Translations under genes and position numbers: made by a program
The notes under the pieces: model-generated
The model's input: the letters and a program-made list of their open reading frames with translations, nothing else
Told to the model about the DNA's origin: nothing
The model's database searches: none
Shown here: in pieces, positions 1 through 12,890 of the stretch
Layout: each line of letters starts with the position of its first letter
Position numbering within the stretch: the stretch's first letter is position 1
Origin: Octopus sinensis
Taxonomy: Eukaryota
Direction: 5' to 3'
Length of the DNA: 64,000 nt
NCBI RefSeq assembly: GCF_006345805.1
Contig: NC_043002.1
Location: forward strand, 74,958,001 to 75,022,000

Positions 1-710
<710 letters not shown>

Positions 711-722
711 TTTACATATATA

Positions 723-1110
723 GGCGTAGGAGTGGCTGTGTGGTAAGTAGCTTGCTTACCAACCACATGGTTCTGGGTTCAGTCCCACTGCATGACACCT
801 TGGGCAAGTGTCTTCTACTATAGCATTGGACTGACCAAAGCCTTGTGAGTGGATTTGGTAGAAGGAAACTGAAAGAACCCCTCGTATGTATGTGTATGTA
901 TATGTTTGTGTGTCTATGTTTATCCCCCCAACATCGCTTGGCAACCGATGCTGGTGTGTTTACATCCCCATAACTTAGCAGTTCAGCAAAAATAGACCGA
1001 TAGAATAAGTACTAGGCTTACAAAGAATAAATCTTGGGGTCGATTTGCTCGACTAAAGGCGGTGCTCCAGCATGGCCACAGTTAAAATGACTGAAACAAG
1101 TAAAAGAGAG
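723..1110 (+). mobile_element. Near full-length family A SINE
   Basis: Head GGCGTAGGAGTGGCTGTGTGGTAAG with A-box-like TGGCTGTGTGG and B-box-like GGTTCAGTCCC, then core CCTTGGGCAAGTGTC, a TG/TA spacer and a tail ending GACTGAAACAAGTAAAAGAG. Confidence 0.9.
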
Positions 1111-1465
1111 TATATATAGTCTCAATGTGCATGTGTCTTCATCCAGACGGTGCTTGTTTTGGCTGCAAGTATTCACTTGTGTGCAAATTGTCAGTATTAC
1201 TAGTTTAGTTTGTATGCCATTATGTCACAGAATAGACTGGCACCATTTTAATATGCTGTTAATTGGTATTGATATTTTATTGTGAATGCATTATAGCGTG
1301 CATTCATAATGGGGTGGTGGATTGTTTAGAAAAATGAGATTGATCCAGCAATCAAGGGATTCTAGGACTAATATGGCTATTAAATTAAAGATGTTGATGT
1401 ATCTTTTTGATGATATATATTGATATATTTGTGTGTGTGTGTATCTGTCTATCTATCTATGTGTT

Positions 1466-1470
<5 letters not shown>

Positions 1471-1504
<34 letters not shown>

Positions 1505-1555
1505 GGAGAGGTAGAGAGAGAGAGATATGTATATGTGTGTGTATGTATATATATA

Positions 1556-1599
<44 letters not shown>

Positions 1600-1630
1600 T
1601 ATATGTGTGTGTATGTATATATATGTGTGT
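1471..1630. repeat. Compound (TA)n/(GA)n/(TG)n microsatellite
   Basis: Read directly. Confidence 0.95.
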
Positions 1631-2187
1631 ATGTGTCTGTATAATCTTTGCTTAGTGTGCACCAATGCAGCTATAAACACATCTAAACACATGTGCACAC
1701 ACATACATGTATGCAAAAATATATGCATACAGTAACACAAACACATCATGTATACACATACATATACAAAAGAGAAAAATACCAGCAAGCTATAAATTGT
1801 TTAATTGCTTGAGTCTAATTCTAATTCATTGCCAGTACTTTCATCCTTCTCTTGTCCTACCACTTCCCAACAGCTGTCTCTTTCCACTGGACTGACTAAT
1901 GGACTGATTTTTGTCTGCATAGTAACGAAGATTTGCTAATCCTGCAGCTAATTTTATATGAAAATATGTATGTCATGAAGGGTCAGCTGCACCCCCTACC
2001 GCTCCCTGTCAAGCTTCAGAAGCTTCACTCTTTTGGAAAATATTTATTTTCTCTTTTTTTTTTAATTAAATTTACAGTTCATTGCCTTCACCTCATTTTC
2101 CTCTATTCTATGTGTACATTAATATGTGTAATCTTCTTTTATCAAGCATTGGGATTGATAAAAGCTATATGAAATAAAACAATAGAT

Positions 2188-2645
2188 GCAGGCATGACTG
2201 TGTGGGTAAGAAGCTTGTTTTGCAAGTATGTGGTTTTATGTTCATTCCCACTTTATGGTACCTTGTGCAAGTGTCTTCCACCATAGCCCTAGACTGATGT
2301 TTGTGAGTGAATTTGGTCAATAGAAGTCTACTAAATTTTGTGGAAACCAGCTGTGTGTATCATGATGATGGTGATGATATATCATCATCATCATACTTAC
2401 TTTTTTCCATGCTGTCATGGGTTCTATGTCAGCTTTGGCATGGTTTCTACAACTGGATGTCTTTCCTAATGCCAACCACTTAACAGAGTGTACAGGGTAC
2501 TTTCTACATGGCATTTCTTATATATATATATGTATGTATATGTGTATATCTTTCTATTTCTATTTGTATCCCAGCATCATTAGACAACATGTGTTGGTTT
2601 GTTTATGTCCTGCTAAAGAGATTGGTTGAATAAGTAAAAGATAAA
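2188..2645 (+). mobile_element. Degenerate family A SINE with an antisense (GAT)n-tail module inside (about 2385-2515)
   Basis: Head at 2188-2320 and A-type tail at about 2575-2645. The internal GGATGTCTTTCCTAATGCCAACCACTT is the reverse complement of the shared tail. Confidence 0.7.
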
Positions 2646-3196
2646 AATAACTATTTCAAATTTTTAAGCTTGGCTCTTGAGATCTTGCAAGGAGTAAAAA
2701 AACAAGGAGCTTTGATGTCCTTACCCCCATCAACTTCCACTTAGTAATTTCTGCAGTTCATTAAGGATCTAAGTAAAATGAAATTGCAACAAAGCATTGA
2801 AATTGTATCAGATTAATTGACATCAGTATTGTGGCTTAAATTCTCTATATTCCCCATATCTCTATTAAAGTAGAAATTAAATAAAATTGATAGTTAATTG
2901 CTATGTTTTTTCCCTGGCCAAAAGCCTTAACTTTCAAATGCATTCCATATAATTGTAAATAGGTAATGTAGGGTAGAAAAATCTTACTGATCTAAACAAT
3001 GGCAGCCTTGTGAAATTGAAATGTTTCTTATTAGCTTAGGACACTGTTCACCTTCTGTGTTCTAGATGTGAAATGGTTTTTGTCCTGCTGATATGCCCGG
3101 AATACACACTGAGGATAAAATCTTCACTGGTGCCCTTACAACCTAATGCATTTTGGAATTCATTATTACCACACACATTTTGTATTTAGGCACTAT

Positions 3197-3231
<35 letters not shown>

Positions 3232-4217
3232 GTAGGGAGTGAATATATGCATGTACACTAATAGAATGTATATCCTGTCTGGTATTAAAATGTTTTCATT
3301 ATTATTTTTTTAATGTATTATTGGAGAGAGTATTCTAGATTTTGCATTGCAATTACTTTTGATTTCAGTTTGCTGCTGACATTTCTCTTTATTCCTCTAT
3401 TCCTGGCATGTGTTTGTAACAGACAGCTGACACTCTGTAGATGTGTTTTGTTCAGTCAATTACTCTGCCCTAATCTGCATAGATTATTACTCGTCATGAA
3501 ACCTATAAAAATTTATCCTGCCTTATGAGAAGATGCACACTTCGTCTGTAAACACACGCATACATACCTATATGCTGTAACTGGTGCACACCTAAATAAG
3601 CACAGATACATTCATGCACACGCAAACAAGCACATTCACACGCAAAACATTAGTACATCTTTTATTCGTTCCATGCACAAAGTTTCCTTCGCTCACATAA
3701 AATTTGATTGGAAACACAATACAAGAACAATATCGAAAACATGGGTCTCTTGAAGTGTTAGCAGAGCGCCATTCTAAGCTACGTTATACAGCAAAAGGAA
3801 TTAATTTTGCTAACATACACCATGCCATTATGTAAATCAATGAGTAAATACTCTAAAGCAACCACCTAAATTGCAGGATTGTACCTATTGAATCTTACTG
3901 AACCAGTGATTATATTATCCTCTAGAGACCGATCTGAAGCCAGTTCTTCACTTTCTCTCAGATGTTCTGTTTCTCTGCTATTAAATCAAGTAAATTACAT
4001 TGGAAACACTCGCAGAAAGACGAAGCTCTTTGCACTTGGCCATTTTAAATAGGTGACTTACATTGGCATAGAAACTACTGGAATGTTTTTTTTTTTAATA
4101 CTAAAGCTTATTTTAAATCTCAACATCTTTGTTGTCATCATTGTCATCATATTTTTTTTGCATTCTGAGTAGTGAAAAAAATAATTCTCACCACCACCAC
4201 CACCACCATTATTACTA

Positions 4218-4447
4218 TTGAGCTAGCAAGCTGGCAGAATTGTTAACATGTCTGATAAAATGCTTACCAGCATTTCTTCAGGCACTTTATGTTCTGAGTT
4301 CAAATTCCACCAAGGTCAGCTTTGCTTTCCATCATTTTGGAGGCAGTGAAATAAAGAACTAGTCATGTGCTGTGGTTCATATAATTGACAAACCCCCTCC
4401 CTCAAAATTTCAGGCCTTGTGCCTATACTAGAAAGGGTTATTATTAT
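4218..4447 (+). mobile_element. tRNA-derived SINE, family B
   Basis: GCAAGCTGGCAGAATTGTTA head, GAGTTCAAATTC B-box, tail GCCTTGTGCCTATACTAGAAAGG followed by (ATT)n. Confidence 0.85.
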
Positions 4448-4451
4448 GAGA

Positions 4452-4918
4452 GCACTGCATAACTGGCATCCGTGCTAGTGGAGCACTAAGAGCACCATCC
4501 AAGCGTGATCATTGCCAGGGCCGCTGACTGGCCCCTGTGCCGTTGGCATGTAAAAAGCACCATTCGAGCGTGATCGTTACCAGCGTTGCCTTACTGGCAC
4601 TTGTGCCAGTGGTATGTGAAAAACAAAAACATATGAGCGAGGGTGTTACAAGTGCCGCTGGACTGGCTCCTGTGCAGGTGACTCATAAAAACACCATTTG
4701 AGCGTGGCTGTTGCCAGTACCGCCTGACTGGCCCTTGTGCTGGTGGCACGTAAAAGCACTCACTACACTCTTGGAATTGTTGGCATTAGGAAGGGCATCC
4801 AGCTGTAGAACCTCTGCCAGTTCAGATTGGAACCTGGTGCAGCCACCTGGCTCACCAGTCCCCAATCAAACTATCCAACCCATACCAGCATCGAAAGCGG
4901 ATGTTAAATGATGACTAT
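4452..4918 (+). mobile_element. Non-autonomous retroelement with internal tandem units of about 65 bp and the shared (GAT)n tail
   Basis: Five ACTGGC-starting units from 4462, then TTAGGAAGGGCATCCAGCTGTAGAA ... GGATGTTAAATGATGA. Confidence 0.75.
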
Positions 4919-4929
4919 TATTATTATTG

Positions 4930-5180
4930 ATTTCAAATTTTGGCACAAGGCTAGCAATTTCGGAGAAGCGGGTAAGTCAATTACAGCGATCCCAGTACTC
5001 AACTGGTACTTTTATCGACCTTGAAAGGATGAAACACAAAGTTAGAATTTGACTTGCACTTTCATCCTTTCAGGGGTGATTAAATAAGTAGTAGTTGAGC
5101 GCTGGGGTCAATATAATCAACTACACCCCCCCCACCGCCTCCAAAATTTTAGGCCTAGTGCCTATAGTAGAAAGAGTTAT
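4930..5180. mobile_element. Two family B 3' halves in inverted orientation (minus, then plus)
   Basis: AAGGATGAAACACAAAGT at about 5026-5043 is complementary to ACTTGCACTTTCATCCTT at about 5051-5068; the flanking modules mirror each other. Confidence 0.7.
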
Positions 5181-5235
5181 TTAATTACTTAAAAAAAAAA
5201 AAAAATAGAAAAAATGAATTATTTTTTATTATTAA

Positions 5236-5457
5236 CCCTTTTGTTACCGTATTTATTTTGAGATGCTCTGTGTTTCTTTCAATTAATTTTAAATATAACA
5301 AAGAATTTAGTAAAATAACTTGGTTATCATTTAACTAGTGTTAGGAACATAAATTGTGACTAAGGTTTGGCGGAAGATTTTAATTCAAAACTTATGAAAA
5401 CAAAACATTTGTACTAAAGAGCCAGAGCCGGTTTCAGCCGGGTTGGTAATGAAAGGG
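5236..5457. mobile_element. piggyBac-type MITE, family 1
   Basis: TTAA at 5232-5235 and 5458-5461. TIRs CCCTTTTGTTACC / GGTAATGAAAGGG match at 11 of 13 positions. Confidence 0.85.
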
Positions 5458-5464
5458 TTAATGA

Positions 5465-6345
5465 TGGTGCGTTGGCAGAACCGTAAGCATACTGGATGAA
5501 ATTCTTAGCGGTGTTTCCTCCATCACTATGTTCTGAGTTCAAATTCTGCTGAAGTCGGCTTTGCCTTTCATCCTTTTGGGGTCAATTAAAATAAGTACTG
5601 GAAGGTTCACTTTATCTTTCATCCTTTCTGTGTTGATAAATTATGATGTGATCGACTATCCTGTCCCCACAAATTTCAGGTCTTGTTTCTATAGTAGAAA
5701 AGATTATTATTATTAAGAAGGCAGTAAGGTGGCAGAATCATTAACAATGCTAGAAAAAATGCTTAGTGGCATTTTGTCTGTCTTCATGTTCTGAGCTCAA
5801 ATTCTGATGAAGTCATCTTTGCCTTTCATCCTTTCAGGTTGATAAATTAAGTACCAGTGAAACACTGGAGTTGATGTAATTGAGTAGTCCCCTACCAAAA
5901 AAGATTCAGGACTTGTGCCTATAGTAGAAAGGATTATCATTATTATGAAGGTGGCAATCTGGCAAAATCTTTAGCACACTGGGCGAAATGCTTAGTTGTA
6001 TTTTGTCTGACTTCATGTTCTGAGTTCGAATTCTGCCAAGGATGACTTTGCCTTTCATCCTTTCAGGGTCGATGAAATAATTAGCAATTCAGTGCTGGGG
6101 TTGATGTAATCGACTACCTCTCCCCCAAATTTCAGGCCTTGTGCCTATAGTAGAAAGAATTATTATTAAGGCAGTTAGATGATAGAATCATTAGCATGTC
6201 AGGCAAAAAGCTGTCAAGATTTACTCTGCCTTTCATCCTTTCAGTGTTGATAAAATAGTACCAGTTAAGCACTGGGGTTTAAGTAAATAATTTGTCCTGT
6301 CCCCTAAAATTTGCTGGCCTTCTCCCGCAATTTGAAACCATTGTT
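5465..6345 (+). mobile_element. Four head-to-tail family B SINE copies
   Basis: The GGCAGAA head, GAGTTCAAATTC, GCCTTTCATCCTTT and CTATAGTAGAAA+(ATT)n recur with starts at about 5465, 5716, 5948 and 6168. Confidence 0.85.
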
Positions 6346-9164
6346 ATTATTTTAGTATTATTAGCATGTAATAGATTTGTAAAAGTTATCAGTAGCATGT
6401 AATAGCTTTATAAAAATAATATTATATCAAATTTTTTAGCTGAGGAGGGGAAAAATTTGAAAATTTAGAAGTACAATGGTTATGATGTTAAAGTTTAGAC
6501 TGTTAATTGTATGATCATAAACATCACTGTTGAAATATTTGCTGTTGTCTTTAAGCCACATAGATATGTAAATGTTATACATAAGTGACAAAATATGGTA
6601 CCTTTATCTACACCATTACTGTAGCTTATCATTGGATAACGAAGCCTTGGATATGTCTGTATAAAAGCCTTGGTGGATCAGGACAGACTTGAGGTTAAAC
6701 ATGAACAACAATTCTTAACTTTTATTCTTTAAACCTTTAATTTGTTTACTGCAATTTGTCTGGCTAGGAAGATACCAGTGCTACATGGAGGATAAAGACC
6801 TCTAATTGTATAAAGACATTCTTTAAGGAAGCAGTTCTTATATTTCTATCAAACACTTTGACTTGATCTTTTATATTATTTCATTTCAGTTTATTTCTTT
6901 AATTAAAAATCTTGGCACAATTTTAAAGATTTCTTGCAGTTTATTTTAAGTCTGAATATTAAAAGTGAAAAATAAAAATAAAGACAAAAGGAAAAATATA
7001 TAATTAAAGAAAAAAAAAAGGTTATGTTTCTTCTTTAGTTATTAATTTAATACAATGTATATTCAGCACTTGCATTCAGCTCTAATGAACGAATTGGGAG
7101 ACTTTAATAATCTAAATCAGTCTGTATGTTGCTTTCATTAATATATGCTGAAAATCATTTCTATTATTGTAAACCACAAGAATAACAAATAATAGCGAAC
7201 ATATAATTTTAGAAATGAAACATTTCTTTTGTTATTGACAGGTTAAATAAGCCATTGGAACAATCTGAATTACATGTTTATGTATGCTTTAGTTGTAGAA
7301 TTAGTTGTTTCTGTTAGTGGTAGTTTCAGGTGTGTAAGCTATGGAATGTAACTGCTGACATTTTGCTTGTGTTTGCACGGCAAATAGATATTTCTACCAT
7401 TTGATCTGTTTTTAAATATTGCCATAGCACTTAAATCTAATTTAAAATAAACTGTCAGTGTGTAAGTGTTGAAGAATGGTGGCGGGACTTAAAAGCATAC
7501 AATTTTATTTAGTTTATTACGTAATTACATGTTCATTTCTAAATAACATGTTGCACAACTATAATTTAAAGAGGGTGTAGGGGGGGGAGTGGTGGTGGTG
7601 TTGTTGTGGATGTATTTTCAGTTTATATTGGTTTCCTTCATTTCCAAATTTCAAAGGATGGTTGTGATGCTGACAGCAGCAGCAGTAGTAGTGGCAATGA
7701 TGATGATGATGGTGGTGGTAGTGATGGTGATAGAATTGGAGTTTAGGTAGGATAGAAGAGAAATGGAGAGATGATGATAATAATAATAATAATAATAATA
7801 ATGATGATAATAAAGAATAAGATTGCAGTGTGATTGAAAGTATGCTTTAGCTGTGATGTAAATAGTAAGGACATTTATTTATTTATTCTTACTTTTTTAT
7901 ATTTATTTTATTTATTTATTATTTTTTTTTTACTTCTGTTGAACCAAGCATAGTGTGCTGGAAACTATTTTGAACCAAATCTAACGTTCCAGTTGCAATA
8001 TAAATCAATACTGTCTATGTCATTTAATTATTCCCTTTCCTGCTCTACCTAGCATCTGACTGCTATTACATGAGAACAACATCGACTTGCTTGGCTATTT
8101 ACATGTATAATGTACCAATAGTTTGGCTCTCGCAATCATTTCACTGTCAAATCCTGTACATGCAACCTTCAACAAGGGGGTTATATCATAAATGTGGTGT
8201 ATACAACCTTTTATTTCATTGCCTTTACATTCATTAGCAAGTGCCCCCCCCACACACACACACATCTCCACACCCTTCCCTATTCTTCATGTTTTATTTA
8301 TACATTTGATCACATTTGGTTGCCTATTCTTTTCTCGAAGAATGTAGGTAGAAATTGTGTTTATTTATTTATTTTGTTTGTTAGCATTAATCTTAAGTTC
8401 CCCCCCCCACACTTTTTTTTTTTTTTTTGGTTGTGGTTTTGGTCTCAAATCTTCCATCAGCTACCCTGCCCTCATACATTTCTACAGTCGTGTTATGTAC
8501 TTGTTGACATGGGAACATAATGTGTTCCTGTCATAATTTCTTTATCAGCACAACTGTTTTCTCATGTTTGTTTATATTATGTAGTTTGTCTTGTATTTTC
8601 TTCATCCTCATCTAAAGAAACAAATTTTAATTACAAGGATCTTCTGTTATAATCTGTGGTTACATTACATTTAATTTTTTTTTTTTTTTCGATGTTAGCA
8701 ACATATATTTATCATGCCTTGAACAAACTGCAAGTGTGTGTGGGTGTGTGATGGAAGTAAGAGCTAGTATTCTGTTAGAACACAGCAAACCTTGTTCTGT
8801 TCTACAACATGTCACCCTAACATATGTTTATTTACATTGTGTAGTTTATTTACTTGTGTTTTCTCAAAGTATTATGTAATTTTGTTATTTTAGTTTTCTC
8901 CTTATAGCTTGAATTCTTATCCATATTATTCATGTATGTGTGTGCCTACATGTGTGTGAACATACAGATTATAAAGAATATGAGTGTCCATCTCCATAGA
9001 CAATGACACACATAATTTAAACTCAAACAGACACACACACACACACACACATGCACAAATAACAATGGTTGAAGCTTGAACTAATAGCTATTGGTTTTAT
9101 TGCTGTAACATTAACCATTCGTGTAGCATGGTTTATGCAGTTTTTACCGAATTATCACCATTAT

Positions 9165-9400
9165 TTAATGTCTTGTTTTTCATGCTAGCATAGGTTGGAT
9201 TGTGAACCAGAAAGTTGGTGAACCAGACAGTTGTTTCAAACTCCAACATCTACTTTGGCATAGTTTCTAAGGCTGGATGTCCTTCCTAATGCCAGCCACT
9301 TTACAGAATGTACTGGGTGCTTTTTATGAGGCACCAGCACTAGTGATCTCTCCAAGTAACTTGGAAGACATGACCTCTTTGACTGAGGGACAAGCAATAG
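9165..9400 (-). mobile_element. SINE/retroelement 3' module with the shared (GAT)n-type tail
   Basis: GGCTGGATGTCCTTCCTAATGCCAGCCACTTTACAGAATGTACTGGGTGC is the reverse complement of the shared tail. Confidence 0.75.
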
Positions 9401-10768
9401 TGCAGGAGGTGGCTATATGGTTGAGAAGCATGATAGAGGAACAAACAGGAACTGGTGTCTTGCTGTAGAGTGATATAGGGTTACCCCTGTTGGACAAGAA
9501 AGATGGTTGCAAAGATGTCTACATGCAACCTCAAGTTACAGGAAGGTGAATATAAGAAAAATAATATAATTATAGAATGTAAAATTCCAGTCTTGGAGTA
9601 GTCATCTAGAAAGTCTATTCATGCTTTCAGTATTAATTTTTCTAGTATGCTGTGGTTCACTTCTACAGCCACCAGAACTGATTCCAAAACATGCTTTCTA
9701 GTTAGTATTGAAAATTTATTTTTAACCTTGATATATCTTGATCTCACTCGCTCTGAAAACACCACTCCTGGATTCTACCTGGTTTCCCTATTGTCCTTCT
9801 AATCATAAATCTACCCAAGACAATCAATAGAACTTACTGAATCATTTACCAAGTGAAAAATCATTTCTTTAATCACGTTATAGACTTACATCATCATCAT
9901 CACCTTCACCTTCATCAAAGCTGTTGCCGCCATCACCACTGTCATTGTTGCCATCGTTGTTATCATCATCATCATCTTGTGTTCTTTTTCTTTTGCATCT
10001 TCTTTATCCCTCTTTCTGACTTCTTCCTCTTCATCCACTATGTTATCACTTCCATGTTTCATTTTCCTCTTCCTCATCATCTCTCTCTACTTTCTTTGTC
10101 TCCTCTTTCCTGGTTGTCTTCTTCCAATTGTTTCCTAATAGCTGCACTTTTGTAGGTGTGTGCAGCTGCTGTTTCGAATTAATCTAAATTATAGAATATG
10201 CATTGATGAAAGAAAGCAAAAATTTGAGGCGAGGATGAAGATAAGTTAGCTAGCTAAATAGATAGAAAGATAGCTGGATGGATAGATACATAGAATAGAG
10301 CATACAAACCAATCACATAAAAATAAACATAGCTAAGCCTCTTTCTCTCTTCCCTCTTTCTTTCTCACCTTTATTCCCTTATTCTTCCATTTCCTCGCTC
10401 TCTCTTTCTCTCTCATTATTCTTAAACACATCCTCATTACTTTCAAGAATGTTTGCTATCTTTTCCTTTGTTGAGTTTAAATTCCTCCAATTATTGTTAC
10501 ACTGTCGCTACACATGTATTGCATACATGCATATACATACATGCACACACACATGCACATCTTACTGCCACCTCTACAGAAAATTGTTACATCCTTTTGC
10601 CACCATCACCGCCACCACTACTACCACCACATGCATTACCTTTACATTAACTGTCGTGCTCAATTTCCACTACTTGTTATGTCCTTTTGGGGAGTGGTGA
10701 TGGCGGTGTGACATACACATGCACTTCAGTGCATGCATATATATATATTACAACATGCATATTGTGTG

Positions 10769-10821
<53 letters not shown>

Positions 10822-11409
10822 GCACACACAAACTTATATCTGCATACATATGTGTATGTATATTTATAATATATGTTTGTGCGATTATCTGTCATTACAG
10901 CTGTTTTGTTTTCTCTTTTTCATTTTATTTGTTTTCCCTTTTATTCATTTTTCTTAAAAAGTATTCTTTTTAATGTCTTTTTTTTTTAATTATTTAAAAA
11001 AAATTTTTTTTTTATTTTCATTTTCTCCTGAGGATACAGATTATAAATTATTTACCTTTTCGAAAAGAATTAGATGTTGAATTACACAAAAGAAATTTAT
11101 TTTTCTTTATTGTTTCTATGTTTCACTCTCTTTTGTTCAAATTGTAATTTTAATTTTGTTTCACTGTTATTATTATTATTATTATTATTATTCAAACCTT
11201 TTTAATATATATGTTTTAAAATGTCTCCCTACTCTCTTCAGTTTAGTGTGTTTATTAGGATCTAATCAATATTATTATCTCTTGTCAGATATGGTGGGTT
11301 GTTGGGAAGGAGAAAGGGACTCAGGGTATAGCTTTGTTCTTTGCTTGTATTTTCCTACAAACATTATCTCCTAGCACACACTAACTACCTCGCCACACCT
11401 CAGCTGATT

Positions 11410-11502
11410 CTCTCTCTATCTTTTCCTCTCTCATCTCTCTCTCTCTCTCATCTCTCTCTCTCATCTCTCTCTCTCTCTCATCTCTCTCTCATCTCTCTCT
11501 CA
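11410..11502. repeat. (CT)n with periodic CAT interruptions
   Basis: Repeated CTCATCTCTCTCT units read directly. Confidence 0.9.
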
Positions 11503-12014
11503 TAAATCTTTCAGATGCCAGTACAAGAAGTCTGGCTGTCTCTTTCTTTCATATGCAAACATGAAATCTTCCTCATATGTAAACAGTAGAAATCTCTCTT
11601 TCTCTCTGTCATCTACACACACACGCACACACACACTTCTTTGTGTATATGTGATTGTGTGGCATTAACAATATTTTTTAGTTTCTTATCATGTCTGCTC
11701 TTTCAAGAATATTGGTTCTTTTATCCTCTCTCTCTCTCTTCTCTTTCTCTCTCTCTCTTTTGGAAGTGAAGACTATCGTATTTGTTCTTGGAACTTCTTT
11801 CTGATAAATGTTTACAACCTCACTTTGTTTTTCCATTTGTGTGTGTGTGTAGAAAATGAAGTGATTGTCCCCCACCCTCAATCTTAATATCTTTTATTTG
11901 TACATGCGTGTGTGTGTATGTGTGTGCGCGCGTGTGTGCAAATGAGAGAGAAAGAAAGAGAGCAGTGAGGATTGTTGTGGTGAAGCAATACTTGATCAAA
12001 GGAATTAATGTGAT

Positions 12015-12023
12015 ATATATATC

Positions 12024-12061
<38 letters not shown>

Positions 12062-12070
12062 TATATATAT

Positions 12071-12159
<89 letters not shown>

Positions 12160-12165
12160 ATATAG
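12015..12165. repeat. Compound (TA)n(CA)n microsatellite, duplicated block
   Basis: Read directly. Confidence 0.95.
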
Positions 12166-12664
12166 CTGAGATATTTGTTACTTAGTAGTAGTAGTAGTGA
12201 TGAAAATGAAGGCCAGTGTATACAGAAGCAATGTTTACTCTTAATAGATAATACAGTGTGGATTGATACTTGCCATATCCTGTCTTGTGATAATCATATT
12301 CCAGCTAAATCCAGTGTTGCTCTTTCTCAACTAAAAATGGACACAGTCATAGCTACGTGACTTAGAAGTTTGTTTAGCTATGCATGATTCTAGATTTAAC
12401 TTAACTGCAGGGTATGCTGGGTAAATGCCTGCACTGTATCCTTGTGATGTATGTCTTTTACTAGAACAGCATCACTTTCAAATGAGAATACCTGGTGTGG
12501 TATTTGTTCTTCCCGAGTTACACAGATAATCCTTGTTGCTCTTTTTGTCAGTAATGCAATGAAGCAGTAGCTGTCTTGCTAGAAAATTGTAACCAACAAT
12601 GTTATTACACAGGAATTGAAAACTGTGTGTGTGTATATATATATATATTTATATAAAACAAAAA

Positions 12665-12890
12665 AAATCACCATTTAATGTCCACCTTCAATGCTGGCAT
12701 GGGTTAGACAGTTTAACAAGGAGCCAATGAGTCAGGGACTGCATCATACTGCAGTGTCAACTTTGGCATGGTTTCTACAGCTGACTGCTTTTTCCTAACA
12801 CTAACCACTTTACAGTGTGTAATGGGTGCTTTTTTAAGTTCCACTGGCACATTTTGGTCACCATGTAGCTTGCAAGCCAGTAAACCCAGG
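12665..12890 (-). mobile_element. Shared (GAT)n-tail module, antisense
   Basis: CATTTAATGTCC..GCTGGCATGGG..GGTTTCTACAGCTG..TTCCTAACACTAACCACTTTACAG. Confidence 0.7.

Noticed and set aside
723-800. tRNA-like A and B boxes
   Set aside because: These are SINE heads without a cloverleaf or acceptor stem; no true tRNA gene was seen.
4462-4765. CRISPR-like periodic repeats (also 21660-22110)
   Set aside because: Contiguous diverged units, no unique spacers, no cas genes, eukaryotic context.
8020-8190. Possible RTE 3' remnant on the minus strand
   Set aside because: No convincing motif could be translated.
9853-10155. His-rich ORF and antisense Met-rich ORF
   Set aside because: Products of (CAT)n/(CAC)n low-complexity DNA with no splice context.
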